A DNA stretch of 64,000 nucleotides from Candidatus Methylomirabilis sp. (GCA_020722725.1 DYKG01000003.1:45129-109128), one strand, 5' to 3'. Counted from the first letter of the stretch, positions 34,896 through 45,221 are shown. Notes: generated from the sequence alone by a model not told the origin. Made by a program: numbers and translations.

Positions 34896-36750
34896 AAATA
34901 AAACCGGGTTTGCTTTTCTCACCGGAATTCTCTGCCTGATTGCGGTCATCGCCCAGGGACAGATAACTGATTCCACCATCAGATTCAGCACTCCAAACCT
35001 TAATCTGGTTTTTCAACCGCCCCTGCGATCGGGGTTCAATTCAGAGCACCCTCTTGAGATAGAACTGCCGCAACTCAATCTGGCAGTAAATCTGTTTGAG
35101 AATTATATGCAATACCTTCTGAAGCTGCAGAAAATCGCGACCGGAACAACTTTGCAGATGATCTATGCGCCCGGCCAGTCTTCAGAAAGCTGGGATGAAA
35201 ACCCCAACCTGATCAAACTCAGTGATACCGGCATGAATCAGATCCTGCAAAAGGTAAACCGGTTTCTCGCCGACAAAAACACTACCGATGCCGCATACCT
35301 GCTTGACAATGCCGAATCGCTGCTGAAAATTCCTGACAATTTCAGCCGACGCACTTGTGAAGTCGCCGAAAAGATTGAACTTGCCAACCTTTCCTCTTTC
35401 ATCGACAGTCTCGAACCTGATTGCGACATGGCGATTGCCGATGCCGGCCTGGTTTTTGTGACCCGCCCTCATAAAAACGGCAACCGCATCCTTCGTTTTT
35501 CAGAACAGAACAACGTATGCAGCGGCAGCATCATGCTTGAACCTGGAAAGGCCTGGTATTCAGGATTACGACCCGACAAAAAAGGCCAGTATCTCGCATT
35601 TACCGAAGGAAACGAGCCAATGCTGATCAAATTGGGTAAATCTGAACCGGTCAAGTTTTTTCCCCAGCGAAAAACCCTGCTGATGGCCATGGAGTGGTCG
35701 CCAAAAAAGCCGGTGCTTGCCGGAATGGTGCTCGACCTCGATACCCAGGAGCGCCTGTTTTTTGTATATGACGCAGAAAAACAGAAGATGGTTGACCTGG
35801 CCGGAATCGAGAATCTTAAAGCCAATTACCTGTATGCCCACCCTTTCTGGTCGCCAGACGGCAATCGCCTTATCATGACCACCGGGCGGCAGATAAACCT
35901 CATCGATTTAACCGAGTATCGGGTTTACCCTGGTATTACCAGCCTTCCCAACGAGATTTCTGAGCTTATCTGGTCTGGCGACAACAATTCTTTTGCTGTT
36001 GTTGAAATAATCGGCCAGGCAAGAAGCAAAACGGTTTTTGACGACTACGATCTACGCAAATCTGTGCTGCATCGATTCAGAATCAACAAGGACTTCAGTG
36101 TTACCGAAGACCATGCCCAGAGCATTGATTCACGCAACAGCATCAAACTTTTGAGCTTCTGGACCAATGATCGGGTACTGTATCTTGAGGGCCACCTGAT
36201 CAGCAAAAAGCTCAACACTCCATTCTGGGATCTGAGCAAATCGTTTACCGCTTACCTGACGCCAGCCCCGACTCAATCCATATCACGTGAAGATTCGGCA
36301 AAAGTAAAAAAATCCGAGCCAACTGCACTGCCGATGAAATACCTTTATGTTTTCCGAAACCTGGACGGCAAGTTCAACAATGTTTATGATGCCGGCTTTG
36401 CTCATACCAACCATGTTTATTCTGAAGATTTCTATAATCTCTGGTTCATCGGCCTGCGACGACCTGATGAACTCGAGGCCAGTCATGGCTCTTTCAATCT
36501 CAGAGCATCGCCTTATCCATTCCCTGAAAAAAACCAATTCGTCTTCGTGGATTACCCATCGGCCAAGATGAAAAAATTCTGCCGGTTCCTTGAAGATTAC
36601 AGTCTGCGATTTCTTAGAATCACCGCTGATTGCAGCAATCTGTATTTTCTCGCAAATTTCTGCGGTCCACTCAACGTCTGGGAAGGTAGTCTGGACTCCA
36701 TTGTCAACGGGCTGACCGCCACATCTGAACCGACCGAAAGTCAGAATTGA
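34882..36750 (+). CDS. Exported protein with TolB/PD40-like beta-propeller repeats
   Basis: AGGAGG RBS before ATG 34882; signal peptide; WSPKK, WSPDGNRL and WSGDNNSF repeats. Confidence 0.7.
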   Translation: MKKFENKTGFAFLTGILCLIAVIAQGQITDSTIRFSTPNLNLVFQPPLRSGFNSEHPLEIELPQLNLAVNLFENYMQYLLKLQKIATGTTLQMIYAPGQSSESWDENPNLIKLSDTGMNQILQKVNRFLADKNTTDAAYLLDNAESLLKIPDNFSRRTCEVAEKIELANLSSFIDSLEPDCDMAIADAGLVFVTRPHKNGNRILRFSEQNNVCSGSIMLEPGKAWYSGLRPDKKGQYLAFTEGNEPMLIKLGKSEPVKFFPQRKTLLMAMEWSPKKPVLAGMVLDLDTQERLFFVYDAEKQKMVDLAGIENLKANYLYAHPFWSPDGNRLIMTTGRQINLIDLTEYRVYPGITSLPNEISELIWSGDNNSFAVVEIIGQARSKTVFDDYDLRKSVLHRFRINKDFSVTEDHAQSIDSRNSIKLLSFWTNDRVLYLEGHLISKKLNTPFWDLSKSFTAYLTPAPTQSISREDSAKVKKSEPTALPMKYLYVFRNLDGKFNNVYDAGFAHTNHVYSEDFYNLWFIGLRRPDELEASHGSFNLRASPYPFPEKNQFVFVDYPSAKMKKFCRFLEDYSLRFLRITADCSNLYFLANFCGPLNVWEGSLDSIVNGLTATSEPTESQN

Positions 36751-36803
36751 ATCTGCAGGTCTTTAATCGACAGCAATCTTGATTCGCAAACGAAAGACAA
36801 TGC

Positions 36804-36832
36804 TTGCCTGAAACCAAGTTTTTTCATATACT
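36804..36832 (+). promoter_or_regulatory. Putative sigma70 promoter
   Basis: TTGCCT-17 bp-TATACT upstream of 36865. Confidence 0.55.
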
Positions 36833-36864
36833 GGTTCGACCCAAAATTTAAGGGGGGAAAGAGA

Positions 36865-38472
36865 ATGAAAAAACTGTCTGTGATGTTTGTGTGTTTTTTA
36901 CTGCTGGCAAACTGTGTACAGGGCGCAGGTAAAACGGTAATTTATGATGACAGGCATGGCCAGACTGCCGGCAACGCTGACTGGATCCCGGCCGGGGCCT
37001 ACTCAGAGATGGTTGACATGCTCAAAGCCAACGGCTTTGAAATTGAAATGCTCAGCAAAGTTGCAGCAGATGGCAAGTTTACTGCCGAACTGCTTGAAAA
37101 ATACAATGCAATAATTCTTGCCGAGCCCAATAATCCGTATTCAGAAAATGAACAGAAAGCCTTCGTCGATTTCGTTCGCAACGGCGGCGGAGCTTTTCTG
37201 GTAGGCGACCATGGAAATGCTGACCGTGACAATGATGGCTGGGACGCGGTTCTCGCTCTCAATACCTTCTGTCCGAAATTTGGCTTCAAATTCAATGGCG
37301 ACATGCTTTACGAAGCACCGCTTTCAGGAAAAGCCAATACCGATCATCCGGCCATGTTCGGGGTACGCGGAGTTGGAGCCTGGGCAGGCTCAACCTTCTC
37401 GATCGTTGAGGCTGAAGATGCGAAGGCTGTAGGGCTTATCGACAGCCGTTTCAAAAAAGCTCCGTTCGTTGTTGCCGCCGAATTAGGCGCAGGCAGAGTG
37501 GTTGCGATCGGCGACAGCTCTCCTTTCGATGACGGAACCGGCAGTGGCGGACATAACAAGCTGCATGACAGCTACGATTCTTTCATGTATTCGCACCCAC
37601 AGCTAGCTTACAATGCGATGGTCTGGGTATGCGGCAGCAACCCTGACAAGCGCATTCCTTCAAGAAAAGTAGCCTTTTTCAATGAAGCCCGGGCCGAAAA
37701 TCGCAGTCACAATATTCTGATCGACGCGGCTCATGGAAATGCCGCATCAGACAAAATGGAAACCTTTGAGCGCCACATGCACAAAAATGGTTTCAAGGTT
37801 TTTTATACTTTGAACCTGATCAAGCCTGAAATGCTTGAAAACTTCGGCACTCTCATTGTTCCAGACCCCTCGCTTCGCTATATTGACTCTGAAACCAGTT
37901 CAATTGCCGAGTGGTTCAACCGCGGCGGCAACCTGATCATCGGCGGATCATGGGATTCTTCGAAGCTGCGCGGAACCGAAACGATCAATTCCATTCTCAA
38001 GGGGCTGGGCTCAGTGATGAAGCTCAATGACGATCAGGTCTGGGATAACACCAACAAAACCAACAAGCCCTGGGGTGTTCTGGCGCACGTGCTCAAAAAA
38101 GGGCACCCGGTTACCCAGGGAGTTAAAACCGTTATCACCTGGGGCACCTGTTCACTGATCGACCGCAACAACAATCCCCTGACCGAAGCTGCCGGCGTAG
38201 AAATTATGATTACCGGAGATGATGACAGTTTCAACAAAGACGGTCACACCAGGTATCCGGCGGTTATTTACCCCAAAGGCATGCCTATTCCTGTAATGGC
38301 CATCGAGAAAATCGTGAACGGCACCCTGGTTCTGATTGGCTGTTGCAACTTTACCGACTACCAGTATCCCGACAGCGACATAAACATGGCACAACCGGGA
38401 CCATCTCCGTTTGAACATGAAACTCCGGCTATTTACGACAATCTGATGAAATATCTGACTCCGAGAAAATAA
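36865..38472 (+). CDS. Secreted protein with two GATase1-like (DUF4350/GldG-type) domains
   Basis: Signal peptide; YDDRHGQTAGNADW..GAYS..EPNNPY..VRNGGG..DHGNADR..GRVVAIGDSSP, then a second IDAAHG..FNRGGNL unit. Confidence 0.7.
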   Translation: MKKLSVMFVCFLLLANCVQGAGKTVIYDDRHGQTAGNADWIPAGAYSEMVDMLKANGFEIEMLSKVAADGKFTAELLEKYNAIILAEPNNPYSENEQKAFVDFVRNGGGAFLVGDHGNADRDNDGWDAVLALNTFCPKFGFKFNGDMLYEAPLSGKANTDHPAMFGVRGVGAWAGSTFSIVEAEDAKAVGLIDSRFKKAPFVVAAELGAGRVVAIGDSSPFDDGTGSGGHNKLHDSYDSFMYSHPQLAYNAMVWVCGSNPDKRIPSRKVAFFNEARAENRSHNILIDAAHGNAASDKMETFERHMHKNGFKVFYTLNLIKPEMLENFGTLIVPDPSLRYIDSETSSIAEWFNRGGNLIIGGSWDSSKLRGTETINSILKGLGSVMKLNDDQVWDNTNKTNKPWGVLAHVLKKGHPVTQGVKTVITWGTCSLIDRNNNPLTEAAGVEIMITGDDDSFNKDGHTRYPAVIYPKGMPIPVMAIEKIVNGTLVLIGCCNFTDYQYPDSDINMAQPGPSPFEHETPAIYDNLMKYLTPRK

Positions 38473-38481
38473 AACTGACAG

Positions 38482-38521
38482 ATTCGCTGCCGGTATTATT
38501 GCCGGCAGCGAATAATTTTTT
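38482..38521 (+). terminator. Rho-independent terminator
   Basis: ATTCGCTGCCGG-loop-CCGGCAGCGAAT 12-bp stem followed by AATTTTTT. Confidence 0.75.
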
Positions 38522-38550
38522 AAACAAATTTTTGACTTCAGGAACAAGCA

Positions 38551-39429
38551 ATGGCTAACAAACACAATAAAGACTGGGGTGCATATCTTTACCTGTTACC
38601 CGTAGTCGTAATTCTGGTCACCTTCCATGTGCTGCCGATTTTTTATTCTCTGATCGTCAGCTTTTATGATTGGGACCTGATTGGGAAACCAGAGTATATC
38701 GGAACAGGTAATTATTCGAGACTGTTCGATGATCCGATGTTTTACAAATCGATCTGGAACACGATCTATTATGCAATTATCAGCGTCCCCCTCTCGATTT
38801 TCTGTTCGCTGGGCATTGCTCTGCTGTTGAATAACCCGATATCCGGGATCGGAATTTACCGCACAATTTATTTCATTCCGGTAATCACTTCGATAAACGC
38901 AGTTGCCATTGTGTGGAATTTTATCTACAACCCCGATTTCGGCTTGTTGAACAAGATTCTCGCAGTTTTTGCAATTGAACCGCGAACCTGGCTGCAAGAC
39001 CCTTTCTGGGCTATGCCCTGCATCATTTTCATGAGTGTCTGGAAAGGCCTTGGCTACAACGTAATCATTTTTCTTGCCGGCCTGCAGAACATTCCCAGGC
39101 ATCTTTATGAAGCGGCTCGCATCGATGGCGCAAGCCGCTGGCAGCAGTTTCGTCACATCACCTGGCCATTGCTGACGCCGACGACCTATTTTATTTTTGT
39201 CATCTCAAGCATCGGTTCATTTCAGGTTTTCGCGCAGGTTTACATGATGACCCCGCGAGGCGGGCCGCTGAAAAGCACGATGGTCATCGTTTATTATCTC
39301 TATCGCAAAGCTTTTGAACAGTTTGAATTCGGCTATGCCCTGGCGGCGGCTTTCATTCTCTTCATCATTACTTTCAGCGTGACTCTTTTCAACAAGCTTT
39401 ATCTTGAAAAGAAAGTTCATTACTCATGA
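38551..39429 (+). CDS. Carbohydrate (CUT1) ABC transporter permease, UgpA/MalF-like
   Basis: LAGLQNIPRHLYEAARIDGA EAA loop; 6 TM. Confidence 0.93.
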   Translation: MANKHNKDWGAYLYLLPVVVILVTFHVLPIFYSLIVSFYDWDLIGKPEYIGTGNYSRLFDDPMFYKSIWNTIYYAIISVPLSIFCSLGIALLLNNPISGIGIYRTIYFIPVITSINAVAIVWNFIYNPDFGLLNKILAVFAIEPRTWLQDPFWAMPCIIFMSVWKGLGYNVIIFLAGLQNIPRHLYEAARIDGASRWQQFRHITWPLLTPTTYFIFVISSIGSFQVFAQVYMMTPRGGPLKSTMVIVYYLYRKAFEQFEFGYALAAAFILFIITFSVTLFNKLYLEKKVHYS

Positions 39430-39439
39430 GGACGCAGCC

Positions 39440-40438
39440 ATGATAAAAGTTAAACACCCCGAGCATATTGCAATTCATATTCTGTTGATAATCGGCTCGA
39501 TTTTCATGCTGTTTCCCTTCGTCTGGATGATCACCACCTCGGTTAAAGGTGAAGATGAAATTCTCAACAGCAGCAAATCGATTGTAATCCTTCCCGACAG
39601 CCTGCGCCCTGACTTCCTCAACTCAGACGAAGACCGCCAACGCATCGCCAGGAGAGAAGAACGTGAAAAAGCCTATTACGAAGAAATGGCCAGGCCCGTC
39701 GAACAACGCAACTCAAGAGTCAAAAAACCGTTTAACTTTTTTGACAATTACCGCGAAGCCTGGACCGCCCAGCAGGGCAGCGGCAAAGACCCGTGGTATC
39801 TGCAGCCTTTTGGCAGGTATTTTCTCAACACTCTGTTTGTTACCATAACAGTAACAGCAGGATCTCTGTTTTTCGCCTCAATGTCAGCCTACGCCTTCGC
39901 TTTTTTCAAATTTCCGTTTAAAGACACCATCTTTATGATGATGCTTGGCACGATGATGATTCCTCAGCAGGCCCTGTTGATTCCGAACTATATTTTTCTG
40001 GCTAAATTAGACTGGATCAACACCTACATGGCTCTAATAGTTCCATGGCTGGCCTCGGCCTATTCAGTGTTCTTTCTGCGCCAGTTCTTTCTGCAGCTGC
40101 CAAAAGACCTTTTCGAAGCTGCAACCATTGATGGCTGTAGTCGGTTCCAGTTTTATTACAAGGTAGTTCTGCCATTGAGCAAACCGCCGATGGTAACTCT
40201 TGGCATATTCTCTTTTCTGGCCAACTGGAACAGTTTCGTCTGGCCGTTGATCGTAACCAACGACACCAATATGCGGGTTATTCAGGTCGGATTGAGTTAT
40301 TTTTCCAGTGAAGCGGGAACCAAATGGGGCCCGTTGATGGCAGCATCGACCTTCACCATTCTGCCGCTGGTTATCATGTATTTTCTGGCCCAGAAACAGT
40401 TCGTTGAGTCGCAGGCCACCACTGGTATGAAGGAGTAA
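39440..40438 (+). CDS. Carbohydrate (CUT1) ABC transporter permease, UgpE/MalG-like
   Basis: LRQFFLQLPKDLFEAATIDG, WNSFVWPL; ATG 39440 after GAGGA. Confidence 0.93.
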   Translation: MIKVKHPEHIAIHILLIIGSIFMLFPFVWMITTSVKGEDEILNSSKSIVILPDSLRPDFLNSDEDRQRIARREEREKAYYEEMARPVEQRNSRVKKPFNFFDNYREAWTAQQGSGKDPWYLQPFGRYFLNTLFVTITVTAGSLFFASMSAYAFAFFKFPFKDTIFMMMLGTMMIPQQALLIPNYIFLAKLDWINTYMALIVPWLASAYSVFFLRQFFLQLPKDLFEAATIDGCSRFQFYYKVVLPLSKPPMVTLGIFSFLANWNSFVWPLIVTNDTNMRVIQVGLSYFSSEAGTKWGPLMAASTFTILPLVIMYFLAQKQFVESQATTGMKE

Positions 40439-40440
40439 TT

Positions 40441-41835
40441 ATGCGAATATTTCTAATAGGCGTTTTAATTACCTGGTTGATTATTGTCGGTTTCATCATA
40501 AAGGGAGATCGGGAAGCTGCAGGGCTCAGCCAGCAGCAACCTGGTACCGACAAGGTTCAGATCGTTTTCTGGCATGCGATGGGCGGCCCGCTGGGTCGGG
40601 TGATGACAGACCTCATCGACCGTTACAACAAAAGCCAGAACAGTTATTTCATCAAGGCAGTCGGCATGGGCAGCTACGATACCCTGGCCAAAAAGATCCT
40701 TGCATCTCTGGTTGCCCATGAAGCGCCTGACATTGCTCAAAACTATGAAACTCTGACCAAAAAATTCATCAAACACCACAAGATTGTCTGCCTCGACGAT
40801 CTGATTGCTTCTGAAAGCGAAGATATCAAAGACGACATCATTCCGGTTCTACTCGAAAACAACACTTTCGACGGCAAGCTTTATTCGTTTCCATTCAACA
40901 AAAGTGTGCCGGTTCTCTATTACAACAAAGATATTTTCAAACGCGTCGGGCTCGACCCGGAAAAACCACCGGAAACACTGGAGCAACTGGCCGAATATGC
41001 CCGCAAAATCACGCAGTATCACCAGACCACACCCGGGGCCGATACCAGCGTTTATGGTTACGGCAACAGCAAAGCCAATGTCTGGGGCTATCTGAACCGT
41101 ATTCTTCAATTTGGCGGCAAGATCGTCAATGATGAAGGCAACAAATCGCATTTTGATGAAGAAGCTGCGGTAAACGCTCTGCTTTCACTGCAAACCATGC
41201 TTTTCGAAGAAATTGCCAAAGAAGGCCAGGGATTCGATCATCAGAACGATTTCATTGCCGGCAAATGCGCGATAATCGAAAGCAGTATCGTGAGCAAAGT
41301 GTACATGGAAGAAAGCCTGAATTTTGAATTCGGCGTTGCGCCTTTACCAGGGCAGAAAACAAAAGGGGTTATCCTGTCGGGAACCAACATCAACATTTTT
41401 AACAATGGCGATCCCCGCAAAGTTGCCGGAGCCTGGGATTTTATCAAATGGTTTACTTCAACCGAAATCAGCGCTGAATGGAGCATTCGCACCACTTATA
41501 TGCCCGTGCGCAAGTCTTCACTAAAAAGCGAATATTTCATCAATGCCCAGGCCCGCGACCCGAACCTCAAAGCTCCTTACGTGCAGCTCGATTATTGCCA
41601 TTTTGAGCCACGACTTACCTGCTGGTTCGAGGTTCGCGATCTGATGGCCGACCATCTTGAGCGTGCAAGTATTGAAATTATCAAAATGAAAGACGAATAC
41701 CGCATCGGGAAACCTGAAGGCTGGCAGTTCAAGGCCGAGCAGGATACCAGATCTCTATTACTTGAAACAATCAAAAGACAATGTGAGGAAATGGCCATAG
41801 ATGTCAATGCAATACTCAGACATAATACCGACTAA
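40441..41835 (+). CDS. ABC substrate-binding protein, UgpB-like
   Basis: IVFWHAMGG, PFNKSVPVLYYNKD, PEKPPET, AWDFIKW, YMPVRKS; N-terminal TM anchor. Confidence 0.9.
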   Translation: MRIFLIGVLITWLIIVGFIIKGDREAAGLSQQQPGTDKVQIVFWHAMGGPLGRVMTDLIDRYNKSQNSYFIKAVGMGSYDTLAKKILASLVAHEAPDIAQNYETLTKKFIKHHKIVCLDDLIASESEDIKDDIIPVLLENNTFDGKLYSFPFNKSVPVLYYNKDIFKRVGLDPEKPPETLEQLAEYARKITQYHQTTPGADTSVYGYGNSKANVWGYLNRILQFGGKIVNDEGNKSHFDEEAAVNALLSLQTMLFEEIAKEGQGFDHQNDFIAGKCAIIESSIVSKVYMEESLNFEFGVAPLPGQKTKGVILSGTNINIFNNGDPRKVAGAWDFIKWFTSTEISAEWSIRTTYMPVRKSSLKSEYFINAQARDPNLKAPYVQLDYCHFEPRLTCWFEVRDLMADHLERASIEIIKMKDEYRIGKPEGWQFKAEQDTRSLLLETIKRQCEEMAIDVNAILRHNTD

Positions 41836-42832
41836 CCTTCAGCAGGATCTCGATCGAATAATCGAGCGCATAAAAACAAGTTCATCGATACTGGTGGCTT
41901 CGCACCTAAGGCCTGATGGCGATGCCATCGGCTCTCTTTCAGGCCTGGTAAAATCTTTGCGCAAAGCGGGTAAAAAGGTTGATGCGGCGCTGCTTGACGG
42001 CATACCTGAAAGATTCGCTTTCGTTTTTCCTGATCAGCAGGTAATTCAGAACGTCAGCATTGATTCAACTCATGACATGATCATCATTCTTGACTCAGGC
42101 GACGATACCAGAACCGGAATAACCTATAATCGTGCCCCAATTAAGACTACGCTGGTCAATATTGATCATCACGCGAGCAATACGAATTTCGGTGATCTGA
42201 ATTACGTTGACACCGGAGCCTCATCAACCTGCGAAATAATAGCCGGACTGATCAATCGGGCCGGGCTGCCACTCGATGCAGATGTGGCTTTCAGCTTGCT
42301 TCTTGGTCTTATAACCGATTCACGGTCTTTTCAGAATGAGGGAATTCGGCATACGGCTCATCTTTCTGCCGCCATGCTGCTGAAAACCGGGGTTGACAGC
42401 ACTCCGATTCTCAATGCTCTCAATGGGGGGCGCAGTGAAGAAGACCTTCGAGTTCAGGGCTTTGGCCTGAGCCACTTCAAACTTGAATGCAACCGGGCAC
42501 TCGCGACTCTGGTGATCAAACAATCAGACCTGCAGAAATTAAATGCACAGATCGGCAATATCTTCGGCAGTGGAATTTTCAACATTCTAACCAGCATGAA
42601 AAACACTCTCGCAAGCGTAGTTATCTTTGAACGTGAAGATGGTATGGCTTTTTGCGAATTTCGGTCCCGTGGCGGCATTGACGTCAAGGAAGTGGCGGTT
42701 GCAATGGGCGGTGGCGGTCATGTTCCGGCATCGGGGTGCAGCCGCAATGCCCCCGTTGACGAAGTGGCTTCAGAAGCTATCAGTCGTATGATTCAGCAGG
42801 TCAGCAGAAGCATCGAGGGACTGCAGATGTGA
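41801..42832 (+). CDS. DHH/DHHA1 phosphoesterase (NrnA-like), copy 1
   Basis: HLRPDGDAIGS, IDHHASN, SSTCEI, TDSxSF, GGGGHVPASG. Start may be 41807. Confidence 0.9.
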   Translation: MSMQYSDIIPTNLQQDLDRIIERIKTSSSILVASHLRPDGDAIGSLSGLVKSLRKAGKKVDAALLDGIPERFAFVFPDQQVIQNVSIDSTHDMIIILDSGDDTRTGITYNRAPIKTTLVNIDHHASNTNFGDLNYVDTGASSTCEIIAGLINRAGLPLDADVAFSLLLGLITDSRSFQNEGIRHTAHLSAAMLLKTGVDSTPILNALNGGRSEEDLRVQGFGLSHFKLECNRALATLVIKQSDLQKLNAQIGNIFGSGIFNILTSMKNTLASVVIFEREDGMAFCEFRSRGGIDVKEVAVAMGGGGHVPASGCSRNAPVDEVASEAISRMIQQVSRSIEGLQM

Positions 42833-43941
42833 ATATAGTTGCTGCATTAGCGTTTATTCTGCTGATGGTTCAGCCGGTTTTTTCACAGGAAACCGGAAAG
42901 GCACAGTTTACCCTGGAGTTCAACGGAATCGGAGAAGTTATTCTTGAACAGCATCTGTTCGAAAATGGCAGCCAGGAAAACACCCAGCTGGTATTGCAAC
43001 GACTAGGCGGAATGCGTGAAATAATCGACACAGTTGAGGGTCTTCTGCCGGCAGATTTACGAAAATTTGATCTGGATGCGGATTCATCTCCGGAAATTAT
43101 TGCACTGCTGAGGCACCCTGACTGTATCGATGTCATGCCATACATTTATCGGCTTCAGAAAACTTTTGTCAGAGCCTACCCTGATGCAGAAAACCCTGAT
43201 GCTTCCGGGCTGATCTGTAAAGAAATCGTTTTAACCGCAGATGAAAAAAATCCCCTGCTTTGCGCCAAGAATATCGTGTCATTTCATGATTTTGGCCCAC
43301 CGTACCTTTATCAGCTCGAATTTTATCGTTTTACCCGTCAGGGGCTGGAAATTTTCAACCGCACCTTCAGTGAAGGTGACCATTTTAACATTCTTATGAA
43401 TCGCGGTGCCGTGGCATTTAATGAGACAAAATATCTTGAAGCCATTGAATTTTACGAGCAGGCGGTTTCTTCTTCTACCGGAGAAATCACTACTAAAGCC
43501 TTTATCGAATCGCTTTTCAACATGGCAGAGGCAAGAAAATTAAGCAAAGATTTTAAAATTTCACTTGAACTTTTTCAGAAAATCGTTCTGGAATTTGGGC
43601 AAAATCATAGAACTGATGCTGCGCAAAAGGAAATAGAGTTGATTTCGACCGGTCTGGAAAAGCCTGAAATTCTCTCATACCTTATCGATGCAACAATCAT
43701 GTTAAACAGCAATAAATGGGAAGAGGCTCTTGCTCTGGTTGAAAACCGGCCAGCCGGTGCATTGGAAGATCATTTTCTTTTTATTAAAGCCGAGATTCTG
43801 ACCGCACAAAACCGTATCGACGAAGCGATTAAGGTTTTCAATGAGTTAAAAACCAGATTTCCCGAAAGCATGCTGCTTGAAGAAGTCGATCAAATGTTAG
43901 AAGACATGCAGGGCGACCCCGAAGAGTCAGAGGGATTGTAA
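42829..43941 (+). CDS. Exported TPR protein (BamD/YbgF-like C-terminal repeats)
   Basis: Signal peptide; EF-hand-like DLDADSSPE loop; TPR helices ending ..FPES. Confidence 0.7.
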   Translation: MNIVAALAFILLMVQPVFSQETGKAQFTLEFNGIGEVILEQHLFENGSQENTQLVLQRLGGMREIIDTVEGLLPADLRKFDLDADSSPEIIALLRHPDCIDVMPYIYRLQKTFVRAYPDAENPDASGLICKEIVLTADEKNPLLCAKNIVSFHDFGPPYLYQLEFYRFTRQGLEIFNRTFSEGDHFNILMNRGAVAFNETKYLEAIEFYEQAVSSSTGEITTKAFIESLFNMAEARKLSKDFKISLELFQKIVLEFGQNHRTDAAQKEIELISTGLEKPEILSYLIDATIMLNSNKWEEALALVENRPAGALEDHFLFIKAEILTAQNRIDEAIKVFNELKTRFPESMLLEEVDQMLEDMQGDPEESEGL

Positions 43942-45221
43942 TGGCCAGGGAAAGCAAGAAGAAAAAAAAATGGCAGGTCGAAAAAGAAGGCATGTCGCCT
44001 CTGCAGAAAGGCTTGATAATCGCCATAGTTTCGTTTATCCCGTTTTTCTTTTTCATTTTGTTGCCAGTTCTTGCCAGAGACCATTTCGTAAAGAATCTCA
44101 AAATTCCCCCGGATATTTTTCTTAGCCCACCTCAGGAAATCAGCCTGGTCAAAACTGCTGATGTGGGTAAAACATTCAAAATTCGCATCAATGGCGTTGA
44201 ATTCAAGATACCGGTAGCTTTTACCCCGGTAAAAATAGGCTCGAATTTTATTGAACTGGCATCAGGGGCAAGGCGTCTTTCTCAGACCATTTCCATCGTC
44301 AGCCTTATCGAACCCCGAAAGATCGACTACACCAGTACTGGTTTTGCCGGCTGGTTCATGCCCGAATCAGTTCTAGCCTTTATGCAGACCATTCTTCGGG
44401 CAACCTGGCATCCGGTTCGCCTGATGTTCAAAGCCCAGTTTTTTGCCAGCGAAGGAATTGCCAGCCGAATATTTGAAGCCAGATGGGATGCACATCATCG
44501 CGGATTCATTTTTCCCACTCCCGGGCAGAGCGGCTACATCGGTAGAGTGTTTTGCACCAACGGCCCGGGGTATTTTGAATTTTCAATGCGCGATCAGGTT
44601 AATCCGGTATCTTTGCAGCAATGGGTTAACCTGGCGATGAAGATCAAGCCCCCGGCCGTTGAAGATCAAACACAAGATCCATTTGTTCCCGCCTTTTTCA
44701 ATCTGGAAATGATGCAAAAACAGGCTTCACAGCCCGAACATCAGGTTGAAGTTTTAAGTCGAGCCATCAACGAGTTTTTCCGCACTGAAAAGGCAATGTG
44801 GCTGATTCCTGTCGCACTGGTAATGCGCGAAAGAGGCTACAACTCCCAGGTAATCGATCTTCACCGGCGTTATCTAAACGCATTTCCCATCGGTTCACCT
44901 CTCAAGGAAACCTGGAACAGCATTCTTGATCAGACGGTCGGCAATACCCTCAAGCTTGAAATCGATACTAAATTGCAAAAAAAAGAGCTGAGAATTTTCT
45001 GCAAAAACCTCACAGAAAAACAGATTGGCAAAATTCTGGTAAAAATTATCGTCAAATACCCCGGCAGCCCTGAAAAAAGCTTTATAGCAACTCTTCTACA
45101 GAATGAAAGACTCTACGAACTGCAGGAAAAAGAATTAATGGCCATCGCACCGGCAGATGTTCCGCTCGCAGAAGCCGAATCCATCGATTACCGCATAATG
45201 CAGATCGACTTTATCGATTAA
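43941..45221 (+). CDS. Hypothetical single-pass membrane protein
   Basis: Lys-rich N-terminus, one TM helix, TAATG coupling; no recognised family. Confidence 0.75.
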   Translation: MARESKKKKKWQVEKEGMSPLQKGLIIAIVSFIPFFFFILLPVLARDHFVKNLKIPPDIFLSPPQEISLVKTADVGKTFKIRINGVEFKIPVAFTPVKIGSNFIELASGARRLSQTISIVSLIEPRKIDYTSTGFAGWFMPESVLAFMQTILRATWHPVRLMFKAQFFASEGIASRIFEARWDAHHRGFIFPTPGQSGYIGRVFCTNGPGYFEFSMRDQVNPVSLQQWVNLAMKIKPPAVEDQTQDPFVPAFFNLEMMQKQASQPEHQVEVLSRAINEFFRTEKAMWLIPVALVMRERGYNSQVIDLHRRYLNAFPIGSPLKETWNSILDQTVGNTLKLEIDTKLQKKELRIFCKNLTEKQIGKILVKIIVKYPGSPEKSFIATLLQNERLYELQEKELMAIAPADVPLAEAESIDYRIMQIDFID

